From Opitutales bacterium (GTDB taxonomy: Bacteria > Verrucomicrobiota > Verrucomicrobiia > Opitutales > Coraliomargaritaceae): a stretch of 32,000 bases of DNA. Position 1 is the first letter of the stretch, and each line of letters opens with the position of its first letter. Under the pieces are notes generated by a model. It worked only from the letters and a program-made list of their open reading frames with translations, was not told the DNA's origin and ran no database searches. The position numbers and the translations under genes were made by a program. This document shows, piece after piece, positions 11,058 through 21,541 of the stretch. Where the stretch lies: the NCBI GenBank assembly GCA_049606355.1, contig JBMYVL010000004.1:90001-122000 (forward strand), read 5' to 3'.

Positions 11058-11534
11058 TTAATCTGCAAGACGCAGGCTGCGAGCATGTATAACGAGTTCT
11101 CGGCTGCCGGGCACTAAAGGGCGTAGTTCGCCGGTAATCAACACCTGTTGCTCGAGATAGGGGCGTAGGTCATGGATGAAAAGGCGAGACACGTCGACGT
11201 AAGCGATGCGTCCACTGGCGCCACGTAAACGCAGTGGGTAGCGCGGGCCATAAGTGTTGAGGCGTCGTACCAGTTTTCCGCCGACGGTCCGTGTGGGGGT
11301 GCTGGCCTCCCGCTTCGGGCGCTTCGGAGCGACGCGCTCCGCTAGACTGGCTTCGGCATCAACCAGAATGTCGAGGGTGGCTTGCGGTGCAGCTGTTTCA
11401 AGCAATGCCGCATCGCTCTGTGGCGCCGCTTGCAGGCGGATTTCTTGCCCAGTGACGGTACTGCAGAGGATGAGCAGCGCAGCGCTTATAAAACTGCACG
11501 GTACGACGCGTTTCATTGGGCTAAGGAGTGTCAA
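11058..11534 (-). CDS. Hypothetical secreted protein
   Basis: 158 aa with a hydrophobic N-terminal signal-like segment (VVPCSFISAALLILCSTVTGQ). No recognisable domain. It is packed between the rluB-like gene and folD with gaps of 21 and 12 nt. Confidence 0.5.
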   Translation of the reverse strand: MTLLSPMKRVVPCSFISAALLILCSTVTGQEIRLQAAPQSDAALLETAAPQATLDILVDAEASLAERVAPKRPKREASTPTRTVGGKLVRRLNTYGPRYPLRLRGASGRIAYVDVSRLFIHDLRPYLEQQVLITGELRPLVPGSRELVIHARSLRLAD

Positions 11535-11555
11535 CTGATCTTAGTGGCGCGAGCA

Positions 11556-12287
11556 TTAAGCGAACAGCAGTTCGATTTCTTTTTTGCCGAGAATTTTAAT
11601 CCCGCCTTTGGGGATATTCTTTAAAATGATGCCACCGATTTGCACACGCACTAATTTTTTAACGTAGTAGCGGTTCGCTTCAAAGAGGCGGCGAACTTCT
11701 CGTTTCTTGCCATGGTGCAGGTGGACTTCCAGGCGTCGCTGGTGGCCTTCGCCAATAGCTGGGGCGGGAATGACTTTTTCTGCTTTGAGAAAATCACCCT
11801 CATAGTCAACGCCCTTGAGGAGTTTAGGAATATCACCTTTATCAAAATCCCGATGCAGAACCACACGGTAGCGTTTGGTCACACAGGTGCTCGGGTGGCT
11901 TACGCGGTGCGCGAGTTCGCCATCGTTGGTAAGAATCAGTAGACCTTCACTGTCTTTATCCAGGCGGCCCGCGCAAAACATACGCTGGCGTTGTAAGTCA
12001 GCGGGCAAGAGTTCAAAAACGGTGCGATCGGCAAAGGGATCGGAATTGGTGCAGAGGTAGCCTTTCGGCTTATTCATCACCAGCGTCACGGCGCGCTCTA
12101 CTTTGGCACGTATCGGCTTGTTGTTTACAAAGATATCGGCATCAGGCTTCGCTTTATCACCGAGTTGTGAGACCTTGCCATTGACGCGCACGCAGCCATC
12201 TTCAATTAAGCGCTCTGCCTCGCGCCGGGAACAGAGTCCGGATTGAGCAATCAGCTTTTGGATACGTTGTTCTTCTGCCTGCGACAT
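11556..12287 (-). CDS. rRNA pseudouridine synthase, RsuA/RluB family (S4 domain plus catalytic domain)
   Basis: 243 aa. The S4-like N-terminus is RIQKLIAQSGLCSRREAERLIEDGCVRVNG and the catalytic motif is GRLDKDSEGLLILTNDGELA. Confidence 0.88.
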   Translation of the reverse strand: MSQAEEQRIQKLIAQSGLCSRREAERLIEDGCVRVNGKVSQLGDKAKPDADIFVNNKPIRAKVERAVTLVMNKPKGYLCTNSDPFADRTVFELLPADLQRQRMFCAGRLDKDSEGLLILTNDGELAHRVSHPSTCVTKRYRVVLHRDFDKGDIPKLLKGVDYEGDFLKAEKVIPAPAIGEGHQRRLEVHLHHGKKREVRRLFEANRYYVKKLVRVQIGGIILKNIPKGGIKILGKKEIELLFA

Positions 12288-12421
12288 CCGAGCACTTCAG
12301 TCCATATTCTGCGCCGCTGTCAATGTTGCTTGAAAGTTACATTCGTGCTTGCCCCTCATTAGAATAATGCGATGACTATGATCCCAGTATAATAGTACAT
12401 TATTTGACTGATTGAAACGGT

Positions 12422-13170
<749 letters not shown>

Positions 13171-13201
13171 CTCAGACTATAGTAATCTAACCCAATAAAT
13201 T

Positions 13202-13456
13202 ATGGCCGATCAAACAATCGAACAACGTGTAAAAACTATCATCGTCGACCAGCTCAACGTAAATGAGGAGCAGGTCACCGCAGAAGCATCGTTCCTCGAC
13301 GATCTTGGTGCTGACTCACTCGATACTGTCGAGCTGATTATGGCATTTGAAGAAGAGTTCAAGGATGAGATCGACGGCGAGATCCCCGAGTCGGACGCTG
13401 AAAAGCTCCAAAGTGTGGGTGACGTGATCAAATACATCACCGAGAAAGCCGGTTAA
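13202..13456 (+). CDS. acpP: Acyl carrier protein
   Basis: 84 aa with the phosphopantetheine attachment motif [20 protein letters not shown]. Confidence 0.95.
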   Translation: MADQTIEQRVKTIIVDQLNVNEEQVTAEASFLDDLGADSLDTVELIMAFEEEFKDEIDGEIPESDAEKLQSVGDVIKYITEKAG

Positions 13457-13481
13457 TCCCGCACAATTAACTATTTAATAA

Positions 13482-13510
13482 CTAAGCCGCTCCACAGCGG
13501 CTTAGTTTTT
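13482..13510 (+). terminator. Hairpin plus T-run between acpP and fabF (partial terminator / attenuator)
   Basis: CTAAGCCGCT-CCAC-AGCGGCTTAG forms a 10-bp perfect stem followed by TTTTT, ending 10 nt before the fabF start. Confidence 0.65.
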
Positions 13511-13520
13511 ATCACCTCTT

Positions 13521-14777
13521 ATGGAAGACGCACCTAAACGACAACGGGTTGTTATCACAGGCATTGGCACTGTTACCAATTTTGGCGACGGAGTGGACCG
13601 CCTTTGGGAGAGCCTGCTGGCCGGGAAAAGCGGTATTGATACGGTTCAGTCCTTTGATGTTACTGAGTATCCCTCTAAGGTTGGTTCTGAAGCGTTGCAT
13701 TTTAATGCGGCTGATTACATGGACCCCAAAGAGGCGCGCCGCAACGATCGCTACACGCAGTTTGCAGTCGCGGGGTCCAAGTTAGCCTTGCAGGATGCCA
13801 ATCTAGATCCTGCCACCCTTAATGCCGATCGTTTTGGTGTGCTGATCGGTTCCGGGATTGGCGGGATGATTACGATCCAGACGCAAAGTCGTCGTCTTTA
13901 TGAAGGTGGCCCGCGGAAGGTCTCTCCGTTCATGATCCCGTCCTTAATTGCGAACATCGCCAGTGGTGTCGTCGCGATCGAAGTCGGCGCACGAGGGCCG
14001 AACTACGGCATTGTGAGCGCTTGTGCGTCTGGCACTCACAGTATCGGTGAGGCCTATCATATGCTTCGCGATGGTGATGCCGACATCATGCTTGCCGGGG
14101 GTAGTGAAGCCGCGATCACCGAACTGGGATATGCGGGCTTTTGTTCCATGAAGGCGATGAGCACCAGTTATAATGATGCGCCGCAAACGGCCAGCCGTCC
14201 CTTTGATCAGGGGCGCGACGGTTTTATTATGGGCGAAGGATCGGGTGTGCTGGTAATGGAAACCCTGGAACATGCGCAAGCGCGTGGAGCAACGATCTAC
14301 TGTGAGTTGGCTGGCTATGGGGCGACCTGCGATGCTTTTCACATTACATCCCCTGATCCTGAGGGCAAAGCACTGGGGGCTGCAATCAACCATGTGATTG
14401 AGGAAGCGGGCATCCAGGCTGAAGACGTCAGCTATATCAACGCCCACGGAACTTCGACCCCCTACAATGATAAGTTTGAAACACTCGCGATTAAAAAAGC
14501 GCTGGGTGAGCATGCTTACACTACGATGGTTTCATCGACTAAGGGTATGACCGGTCACTTGTTGGGTGCTGCGGGAGGAATCGAGTCCGCTGCGTGTGCG
14601 CTCGCCATTCGTGATGACAAAGTGCCACCGACGGTCAATTACACCGATCCCGACCCGGACTGTGATTTGGATTATGTGCCGAACGTGATGCGTGAAGCTC
14701 CAGTCAACGTGGCGATCTGCAACAACCTTGGATTCGGTGGGCACAATGCGACCTTGCTCTTTAAAAAGTTCGTGTAA
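13521..14777 (+). CDS. fabF: Beta-ketoacyl-ACP synthase II
   Basis: 418 aa. The active-site Cys context is VSACASGTHSIG, with HITSP, NAHGTSTP and GFGGHNATLLF also present. Confidence 0.95.
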   Translation: MEDAPKRQRVVITGIGTVTNFGDGVDRLWESLLAGKSGIDTVQSFDVTEYPSKVGSEALHFNAADYMDPKEARRNDRYTQFAVAGSKLALQDANLDPATLNADRFGVLIGSGIGGMITIQTQSRRLYEGGPRKVSPFMIPSLIANIASGVVAIEVGARGPNYGIVSACASGTHSIGEAYHMLRDGDADIMLAGGSEAAITELGYAGFCSMKAMSTSYNDAPQTASRPFDQGRDGFIMGEGSGVLVMETLEHAQARGATIYCELAGYGATCDAFHITSPDPEGKALGAAINHVIEEAGIQAEDVSYINAHGTSTPYNDKFETLAIKKALGEHAYTTMVSSTKGMTGHLLGAAGGIESAACALAIRDDKVPPTVNYTDPDPDCDLDYVPNVMREAPVNVAICNNLGFGGHNATLLFKKFV

Positions 14778-14796
14778 GTGAAGCCACAGTAACTGC

Positions 14797-14825
14797 AAAA
14801 GCCCGACGCTCGTCGGGTTTTTTTT
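14797..14825 (+). terminator. Rho-independent terminator after fabF
   Basis: AAAAGCCCGACG-CT-CGTCGGG is followed by an 8-T run. The A-tract and T-tract flank a GC-rich stem. Confidence 0.75.
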
Positions 14826-15046
14826 GTGCCTGCAGATCGCTGCGAGAACGATGCGTGGATGTCAATAATACCTAGGATGATCGGTGGACATACATCGGAG
14901 TGCGGCGAAATGTGAATCAGTGAAATACCCGAAATACGGCTCAGTAAAACACCTAGAATAGGTAGGTTTTACGAAATTTTAGCTCTGTTTACGTAAAGTT
15001 TATAACTAATTTTCTAGGCGGCACAGATTCGACCGAAATCGCAGTT

Positions 15047-15625
15047 TTGCCGTTTGACGGAGTATTTTGGGTGGACGCAGACTTAAGTATCAGCACGCGA
15101 ACACCAGAACTACAGACACTGATCCTGCGTAGTAATCGTTATTTCGGAGCTTCACTCGTTGAGCATGGTTTGTTGGCTCAAGCCAACTTGGAGACTGCTT
15201 TTGAGCAATTTAATCAGGACTTGCACGATGCGGAACTGTCGCAGGTGTCGATCTTGAATTTGCTGATGAATGACTTGGGCTCGTTGGATGAGGCAGACTT
15301 ACTGGCCTATCAAATGGATACGGTCGGTCTCAGCCTAATCGATTTGGACGCCGTCAAATTACGTCCGCGGCGGAAGGTGAATGTGGACTTGTCGCTTTGT
15401 TGGGCCTCCCTGACCTTGCCCTTCGACCGTATGGACCGCTCTTATTTGCTGGCAACCTGTTACTATCTAAGTGAGCCAGTCGTTCGTTATTGGAGTGAGT
15501 TGTTACAGGAAAATGTCATCTGGTACGTCACCACCTTGGACCATTTATCGCGAGGTATCGCCCGCCTCGAAGCCTTGCAGGAAGTGAGCGAAAGCGAACT
15601 GCAAACGACGCAGCTGCTACCGTAG
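15047..15625 (+). CDS. Stand-alone GspE_N / MshEN-like (type II secretion protein E N-terminal) domain protein
   Basis: 192 aa. The start is TTG, with GTG at 15071 as an alternative. The pattern LVEHGLLAQANLETAFEQ ... GLSLIDLDAVKL ... LTLPFDRMDRSYLLATCYYLSEPVVRYWSELLQENVIWYVTTLDHLSRGIARL follows the T2SSE_N consensus by hand alignment. No ATPase domain is present. Confidence 0.6.
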   Translation: MPFDGVFWVDADLSISTRTPELQTLILRSNRYFGASLVEHGLLAQANLETAFEQFNQDLHDAELSQVSILNLLMNDLGSLDEADLLAYQMDTVGLSLIDLDAVKLRPRRKVNVDLSLCWASLTLPFDRMDRSYLLATCYYLSEPVVRYWSELLQENVIWYVTTLDHLSRGIARLEALQEVSESELQTTQLLP

Positions 15626-15644
15626 TTCGGTTCATTTAAGCCCT

Positions 15645-16865
15645 ATGCCTCAAACCATATTAATCGTCGATGATGATGCCGATTTTAACGGCTTACTCAA
15701 AGTTGTCTTTCAACAGGCAGACTATTGTGTAAAAGCGTTTCAGGATCCGCGCGAGGCCTTACGCTTCATTGCTGAGTCGCACGTTGACCTGATTGTTACG
15801 GATTATGAAATGCCATTTTTGAATGGCCGTGATTACTTGCGTCGGATCAAACAAACAAAGCCTGAGATTCCTGTCCTGATGGTTTCTGCTTATTTGGATG
15901 ATGTGACGATTCGCGAATTACTGCGTGAAGGCATCAATGGTGTCTTTCAAAAACCACTGAATGTGTTCGCTTTATTAGAGCGAACCAAAGAGCTGATGTC
16001 CGCTGCGGTGCAGGAGCCCGATTCTGCGGGCACATCGGAGCCGAGTCCGTCGTCTGTCGCAGCAGTCACGCAGGAGGCGCTTGGATTTCCGTTCGCCTCA
16101 TTTGCTTGCCTGCACGAGGAAACCGTTGATTTTGCTCAGTCGTTGTATCGGCTGAAGGATTTTAGGTCAGCCTTAACGCTGGTGGGTCCATTGGGCACGC
16201 ATTTTCGCCAAATCTGCGAAGACATGCATGGCTTTGCAGATGAGCCGGCGTTGGAGTATTTCATGTATCTCGATAAGGCATCACTTTTGCCGGATCAAGT
16301 GAAGCATCAGATCAAGCGAGTGCTGGCGGAAGGCGCTCAGCGTGTCACTTGTGTCTTTACTGAAGCAGACGCGTTCTCCCCTGATCAGTGGGGTTTCTTG
16401 AAATCGTTACCGACTGCTTTAGGGGGCTCGCAGACTACAGAGAGCCGCGCGCGGTTTATTTTTTGTGTGAGCCGAGATTTGGATACCCTTTACGCGGAGC
16501 AATTGATTGATGACAAACTCTATATGTTCATGGGTGCTGCAGAGGTTTTCGTCCCCGCGCTCAATCAATGTCCCAAGGATGTCGAATTACTTGCACGAAA
16601 CATGGCACTGCAACGCATCGATGCAGAAACGCTCAACGCGGCACCTGAATTTGAGGCAGCGCTTCGCGAACGATTGCAGGCACCGGAGTGGCCGCAGCAC
16701 TACGATCAGCTACATGCTACGGTGTGTGAGTTAGTGGCAACGATACTGGATACGGCGGATCGGGCGTCACGTCATGCTCCAACGGCACGGCCCAAATCGG
16801 GAGCGAAGACTCGACTGACTCGATCTAAGCGGCGCAGTCAGCTGCCCGATAGTAGTTTAATTTAG
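15645..16865 (+). CDS. Response regulator with a degenerate NtrC-type (sigma54-interaction-like) AAA+ domain and no HTH
   Basis: 406 aa. The REC domain is intact (DDD9-11, D53 in [10 protein letters not shown]81, K103 in FQKP). The C-terminal part aligns by eye to the bEBP AAA+ core, but the key motifs are altered: [11 protein letters not shown] vs [16 protein letters not shown] vs LFLDEIGD, and [16 protein letters not shown] vs PLRERREDIPLLA. Confidence 0.7.
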   Translation: MPQTILIVDDDADFNGLLKVVFQQADYCVKAFQDPREALRFIAESHVDLIVTDYEMPFLNGRDYLRRIKQTKPEIPVLMVSAYLDDVTIRELLREGINGVFQKPLNVFALLERTKELMSAAVQEPDSAGTSEPSPSSVAAVTQEALGFPFASFACLHEETVDFAQSLYRLKDFRSALTLVGPLGTHFRQICEDMHGFADEPALEYFMYLDKASLLPDQVKHQIKRVLAEGAQRVTCVFTEADAFSPDQWGFLKSLPTALGGSQTTESRARFIFCVSRDLDTLYAEQLIDDKLYMFMGAAEVFVPALNQCPKDVELLARNMALQRIDAETLNAAPEFEAALRERLQAPEWPQHYDQLHATVCELVATILDTADRASRHAPTARPKSGAKTRLTRSKRRSQLPDSSLI

Positions 16866-16878
16866 GGCACTTAAGACG

Positions 16879-18594
16879 ATGTCACTCGCACGCATACAAG
16901 CTGCTATCGTGGATAGCTTATATGATATGGGTCGTTTGAATGAGCGCCATTGCCAGCGCTTGCAGAATAGCGATCGGGAGCTCTCCGGAAATGCCATCGA
17001 GGAACTGCTTTTAAGCGAATACAAAATTACACGGCCACAACTGTTACTGGCCAAGGCTAAGGCATTTAAGTTAGCGCCAATCAATGTCCGGCGTTTTGAG
17101 GTGAATGAACATACCTTTGCAAAGCTGGACCGAAGCTTTTGCCAAGCGCACAAAGTCTTACCACTCGGTGGTGCCTACGACCGCATCATCGTTGCCATTA
17201 GTAACCCCTTTGATGCTTCGATCTCGCAGAAGGTAGAAAGCCACACGGGAATGCAGGCTTCGTTTCTCTTAGGTATCGAAGCGGATATTAAGGATGCGCT
17301 CGATGCGAACCAGCAAGTGGAAGCTGCCGGCTTTAGCGATGTCGTTGAGGCCTTGGGTCTGGACTATGAGAGCGAGGAAGAGTTAAAGGAGGATTTTACG
17401 GGTGAAGAATCTGCCCCCATTGTTTTATTGGCTAATCGTATCATCGAGGAGGCCTATCACTCCGGTGGAAGCGATGTACACATCGAGCCTTTTGAAAAAG
17501 AATCGCGTGTCCGCGTCCGCGTAGATGGCGTTTTGCAAACGCGTCTAACGATTCCCCCAGCTGCGAGTGCTGCGTTACTGGCACGCTTAAAAGTTATGGC
17601 GCAGTTGGATATTGCAGAAAAGCGCTTACCGCAAGATGGACGCATCATTTATAAAAACTACAACAAGAAGGGCATCGATGTCGACCTACGTGTTGCCACC
17701 GCACCGCTGAATCATGGGGAAGGGGTCGTGATGCGTATTCTGGATAAACAGAAGAGTACCTTGCCGTTGCCTGCCCTTGGATTCTCCAATGAGAATTTAT
17801 CGCTTTATCGTGAGCTGATTCAACGCCCCTATGGTATGGTTTTACACTGCGGGCCAACCGGCTCTGGCAAATCGATGACCTTGTATTCTGCTTTGAATGA
17901 AATCAATACGGCGGATATTTGTATACGAACGGCCGAAGATCCCATTGAATATACTTTGCCGGGATTACTGCAAATGCAGATGCAACGTAAGATCGGGCTG
18001 ACGTTTGCGACTGCCTTGCGGGCGTTTCTGCGACAGGATCCAGACGTCATTCTGGTTGGAGAGATACGTGATAGTGAAACCGCCAGTATTGCGGTGGAGG
18101 CCGCATTAACCGGCCACATGCTTTTCAGTACCTTACATACCAACGATGCGCCAACGACGATTTCGCGACTCACCGAGATGGGGATTGAGCCCTTCATGAT
18201 ATCGGCCTCATTGGTCTGTGTGTGTGCGCAACGCTTAATGCGGCGAGTGTGTCCGTCCTGTCGAAAAAGTTACATCCCAGAAGGCAATGAGGCCGAAATT
18301 ATTCAACGAGCGATCGATTGGTCAGGCCGCGTCATGCGCACGCATCAACTGGGCTGCCCGAGTTGCAGTGGGCAAGGCTATAAGGGGCGAGTCGGCATCC
18401 ACGAATTGATGGCGACCAATGATGAATTAGTGAAGGCGATTAACGCAGGCGAAGAAGCTGCAGTGATTAAACAAGTGGCCCTACGCAATGGCATGAAATC
18501 CCTGCACCAAGACAGTATGCTAAAAGTTAAAGAAGGCATTACGTCGATGGAAGAGGCATTAGCAACGGTGCCGCCGGACATGCTGAGGGCCTAG
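16879..18594 (+). CDS. GspE/PilB-family type II secretion / type IV pilus assembly ATPase
   Basis: 571 aa. It has an N-terminal T2SSE_N-like domain, Walker A ([10 protein letters not shown]), an Asp box (AEDPIEY), Walker B ([12 protein letters not shown]), a His box ([14 protein letters not shown]) and a tetracysteine Zn motif (CPSCRKSY...[12 protein letters not shown]). Confidence 0.92.
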   Translation: MSLARIQAAIVDSLYDMGRLNERHCQRLQNSDRELSGNAIEELLLSEYKITRPQLLLAKAKAFKLAPINVRRFEVNEHTFAKLDRSFCQAHKVLPLGGAYDRIIVAISNPFDASISQKVESHTGMQASFLLGIEADIKDALDANQQVEAAGFSDVVEALGLDYESEEELKEDFTGEESAPIVLLANRIIEEAYHSGGSDVHIEPFEKESRVRVRVDGVLQTRLTIPPAASAALLARLKVMAQLDIAEKRLPQDGRIIYKNYNKKGIDVDLRVATAPLNHGEGVVMRILDKQKSTLPLPALGFSNENLSLYRELIQRPYGMVLHCGPTGSGKSMTLYSALNEINTADICIRTAEDPIEYTLPGLLQMQMQRKIGLTFATALRAFLRQDPDVILVGEIRDSETASIAVEAALTGHMLFSTLHTNDAPTTISRLTEMGIEPFMISASLVCVCAQRLMRRVCPSCRKSYIPEGNEAEIIQRAIDWSGRVMRTHQLGCPSCSGQGYKGRVGIHELMATNDELVKAINAGEEAAVIKQVALRNGMKSLHQDSMLKVKEGITSMEEALATVPPDMLRA

Positions 18595-18621
18595 TTGCTT
18601 AGCTTGGGCAATGGCGTCAAG

Positions 18622-19269
18622 TTACAGTAACACCACAGAGTCGGAGACAAAAGTTGGTGCGCGTTGCCCATACTCCTCCGCGATTTTAATGAAAGTTTCG
18701 TCACTATAAAATAGTACATGGGTTGGGTCGCGGCGATAATGCCAAGTCGCAAAATGGATTCCCGGTACAAAGCGCGAAGTCATGATACCGAGCCATCCAC
18801 CTGGCTTGAGCCGGGCCATGAGTTGTTTGAATTCAAACTGTGGGTGATGGAAATGTTCAACAGTTTCGGAACAAGTAATGAAATCATACTGCTCGGTTAA
18901 TACCGATGTATCTGGATGAAAGAGCGGGTCGTAGTGGGTGCAAGGGAAGCCATCTTCGGTCGCCATTAAGTGCAGGGTCGGGCCGGGTCCGGAGCCGTAA
19001 TCCAAGCCAATCGCCCCAGGTGAAAGTTTCGCCCGCAGTGGATCCCAGAGTTGTTTGAGGAATCTTCGATAGCTCAGGTCCTGCGGGTCATTTTCATGCA
19101 ACTGATAGTGGTCGTGTTCGTCTGCGGGGGATAAGTAGTGTTGAGCTGAGAGCCAGATCAACGCACAGGCACGGCAACGCAGGTACCGATGCTGATTCTT
19201 GCTGTCGGTATAAAAAAATCTGCCCGAGTTGCAGCACAACGGGCAGATTTCCTGAGAGTGGGGCATCAC
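18622..19269 (-). CDS. Class I SAM-dependent methyltransferase with N-terminal zinc ribbon
   Basis: 215 aa. It has a CPLC...CRAC pair, SAM motif I (GLDYGSGPGP) and an FDFITCSETVEH / LKPGGWL post-I/II pattern. Confidence 0.8.
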   Translation of the reverse strand: MMPHSQEICPLCCNSGRFFYTDSKNQHRYLRCRACALIWLSAQHYLSPADEHDHYQLHENDPQDLSYRRFLKQLWDPLRAKLSPGAIGLDYGSGPGPTLHLMATEDGFPCTHYDPLFHPDTSVLTEQYDFITCSETVEHFHHPQFEFKQLMARLKPGGWLGIMTSRFVPGIHFATWHYRRDPTHVLFYSDETFIKIAEEYGQRAPTFVSDSVVLL

Positions 19270-19291
19270 TCAAAAGGGATGAGGACGCTGC

Positions 19292-20176
19292 TTAGCCCTT
19301 GTAGATGCGTAGCAGAGCATCTGCGATTTCGGAGGGGTTGCGCGCGATCGAGACGCCAGCATCTTCCATCGCTGCGAATTTCGCTTCCGCAGTACCCGCG
19401 CCACTGGCCGAGACAATCGCTCCCGCGTGCCCCATGGTGCGGCCTTTCGGCGCAGATGCGCCAGCAATAAACCCAGCCACTGGCTTTTGCACGTGTTCTT
19501 TGATATAAGTACACGCATCTTCTTCCGCATTTCCGCCGATTTCGCCGATCATAATGATCGCATCCGTCTCCGGGTCCTCGTTGAACATACGGATGGCATC
19601 GGTTTGGGAAGTGCCATTGATTGGGTCACCGCCAATTCCAATACAAGTCGATTGGCCATGCCCACGCTGTGTGAGTTGCCACACCGCCTCGTAGGTCAAT
19701 GTGCCCGAACGGGAAACAACCCCAACGCGGCCCGGCTTATGGATGTAACCGGGCATGATGCCAATTTTGCACTCACCGGGCGTAATGATACCTGGGCAAT
19801 TGGGCCCTATGAGACGGGTTTTACAGTTGGAGAAATTCAGACGGCGACGGATCTCAGCCATGTCGCGAACAGGAACACCTTCAGTGATGCAGATGACCAG
19901 TGGTAGTTCTGCCTCTATCGCCTCAAGGATGGAATCTCCCGCAAAGGCAGGAGGTACGTAAATGACAGATGCATTCGCTCCGTGCTCCTTGACCGCTTCA
20001 GCAACCGTATTGCACACGGGAACAGTATCTTCCCAGATTTGACCGCCCTTGTTTGGCGTGACGCCCGCCACCACATTGGTGCCATAGTCGATACATTGTT
20101 TGGTGTGAAACGTGCCGGTTTTACCGGTAATGCCTTGCACGACGAGGCGTGTGTCTTTGTTAACGAGAATACTCAT
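19292..20176 (-). CDS. sucD: Succinyl-CoA ligase subunit alpha
   Basis: 294 aa. It has [22 protein letters not shown] and the phosphohistidine loop GHAGAI. Confidence 0.96.
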   Translation of the reverse strand: MSILVNKDTRLVVQGITGKTGTFHTKQCIDYGTNVVAGVTPNKGGQIWEDTVPVCNTVAEAVKEHGANASVIYVPPAFAGDSILEAIEAELPLVICITEGVPVRDMAEIRRRLNFSNCKTRLIGPNCPGIITPGECKIGIMPGYIHKPGRVGVVSRSGTLTYEAVWQLTQRGHGQSTCIGIGGDPINGTSQTDAIRMFNEDPETDAIIMIGEIGGNAEEDACTYIKEHVQKPVAGFIAGASAPKGRTMGHAGAIVSASGAGTAEAKFAAMEDAGVSIARNPSEIADALLRIYKG

Positions 20177-20210
20177 AGGAACGTGTTAGGTCTGTGGTCC
20201 TTGTTGGGTT

Positions 20211-21407
<1,197 letters not shown>

Positions 21408-21427
21408 TACTGCCTGATTTTATATTT

Positions 21428-21456
21428 CTATTAGAAAAAGCTGACTTAAGTGCCAA
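21428..21456 (-). promoter_or_regulatory. Candidate sigma70-type promoter for sucCD
   Basis: On the minus strand, TTGGCA (21451-21456), a 17-nt spacer, then TAATAG (21428-21433), about 20 nt upstream of the sucC ATG. Pattern match only. Confidence 0.3.
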
Positions 21457-21541
21457 TTGAGAAAGCCTTGTGCAACTTCATTATGCTTGCTGGTAAAATA
21501 AATACACAGCCATGCGATTTAGCCTAGGGCAGAATGTATCG

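Noticed and set aside
14826-15046. A sigma54 -24/-12 promoter upstream of the ATPase module, expected because of the NtrC-like gene.
   Set aside because: The only GGCAC (about 15019-15024) is not followed by TTGC at the right spacing. The NtrC-like protein itself lacks the sigma54-contact loop.
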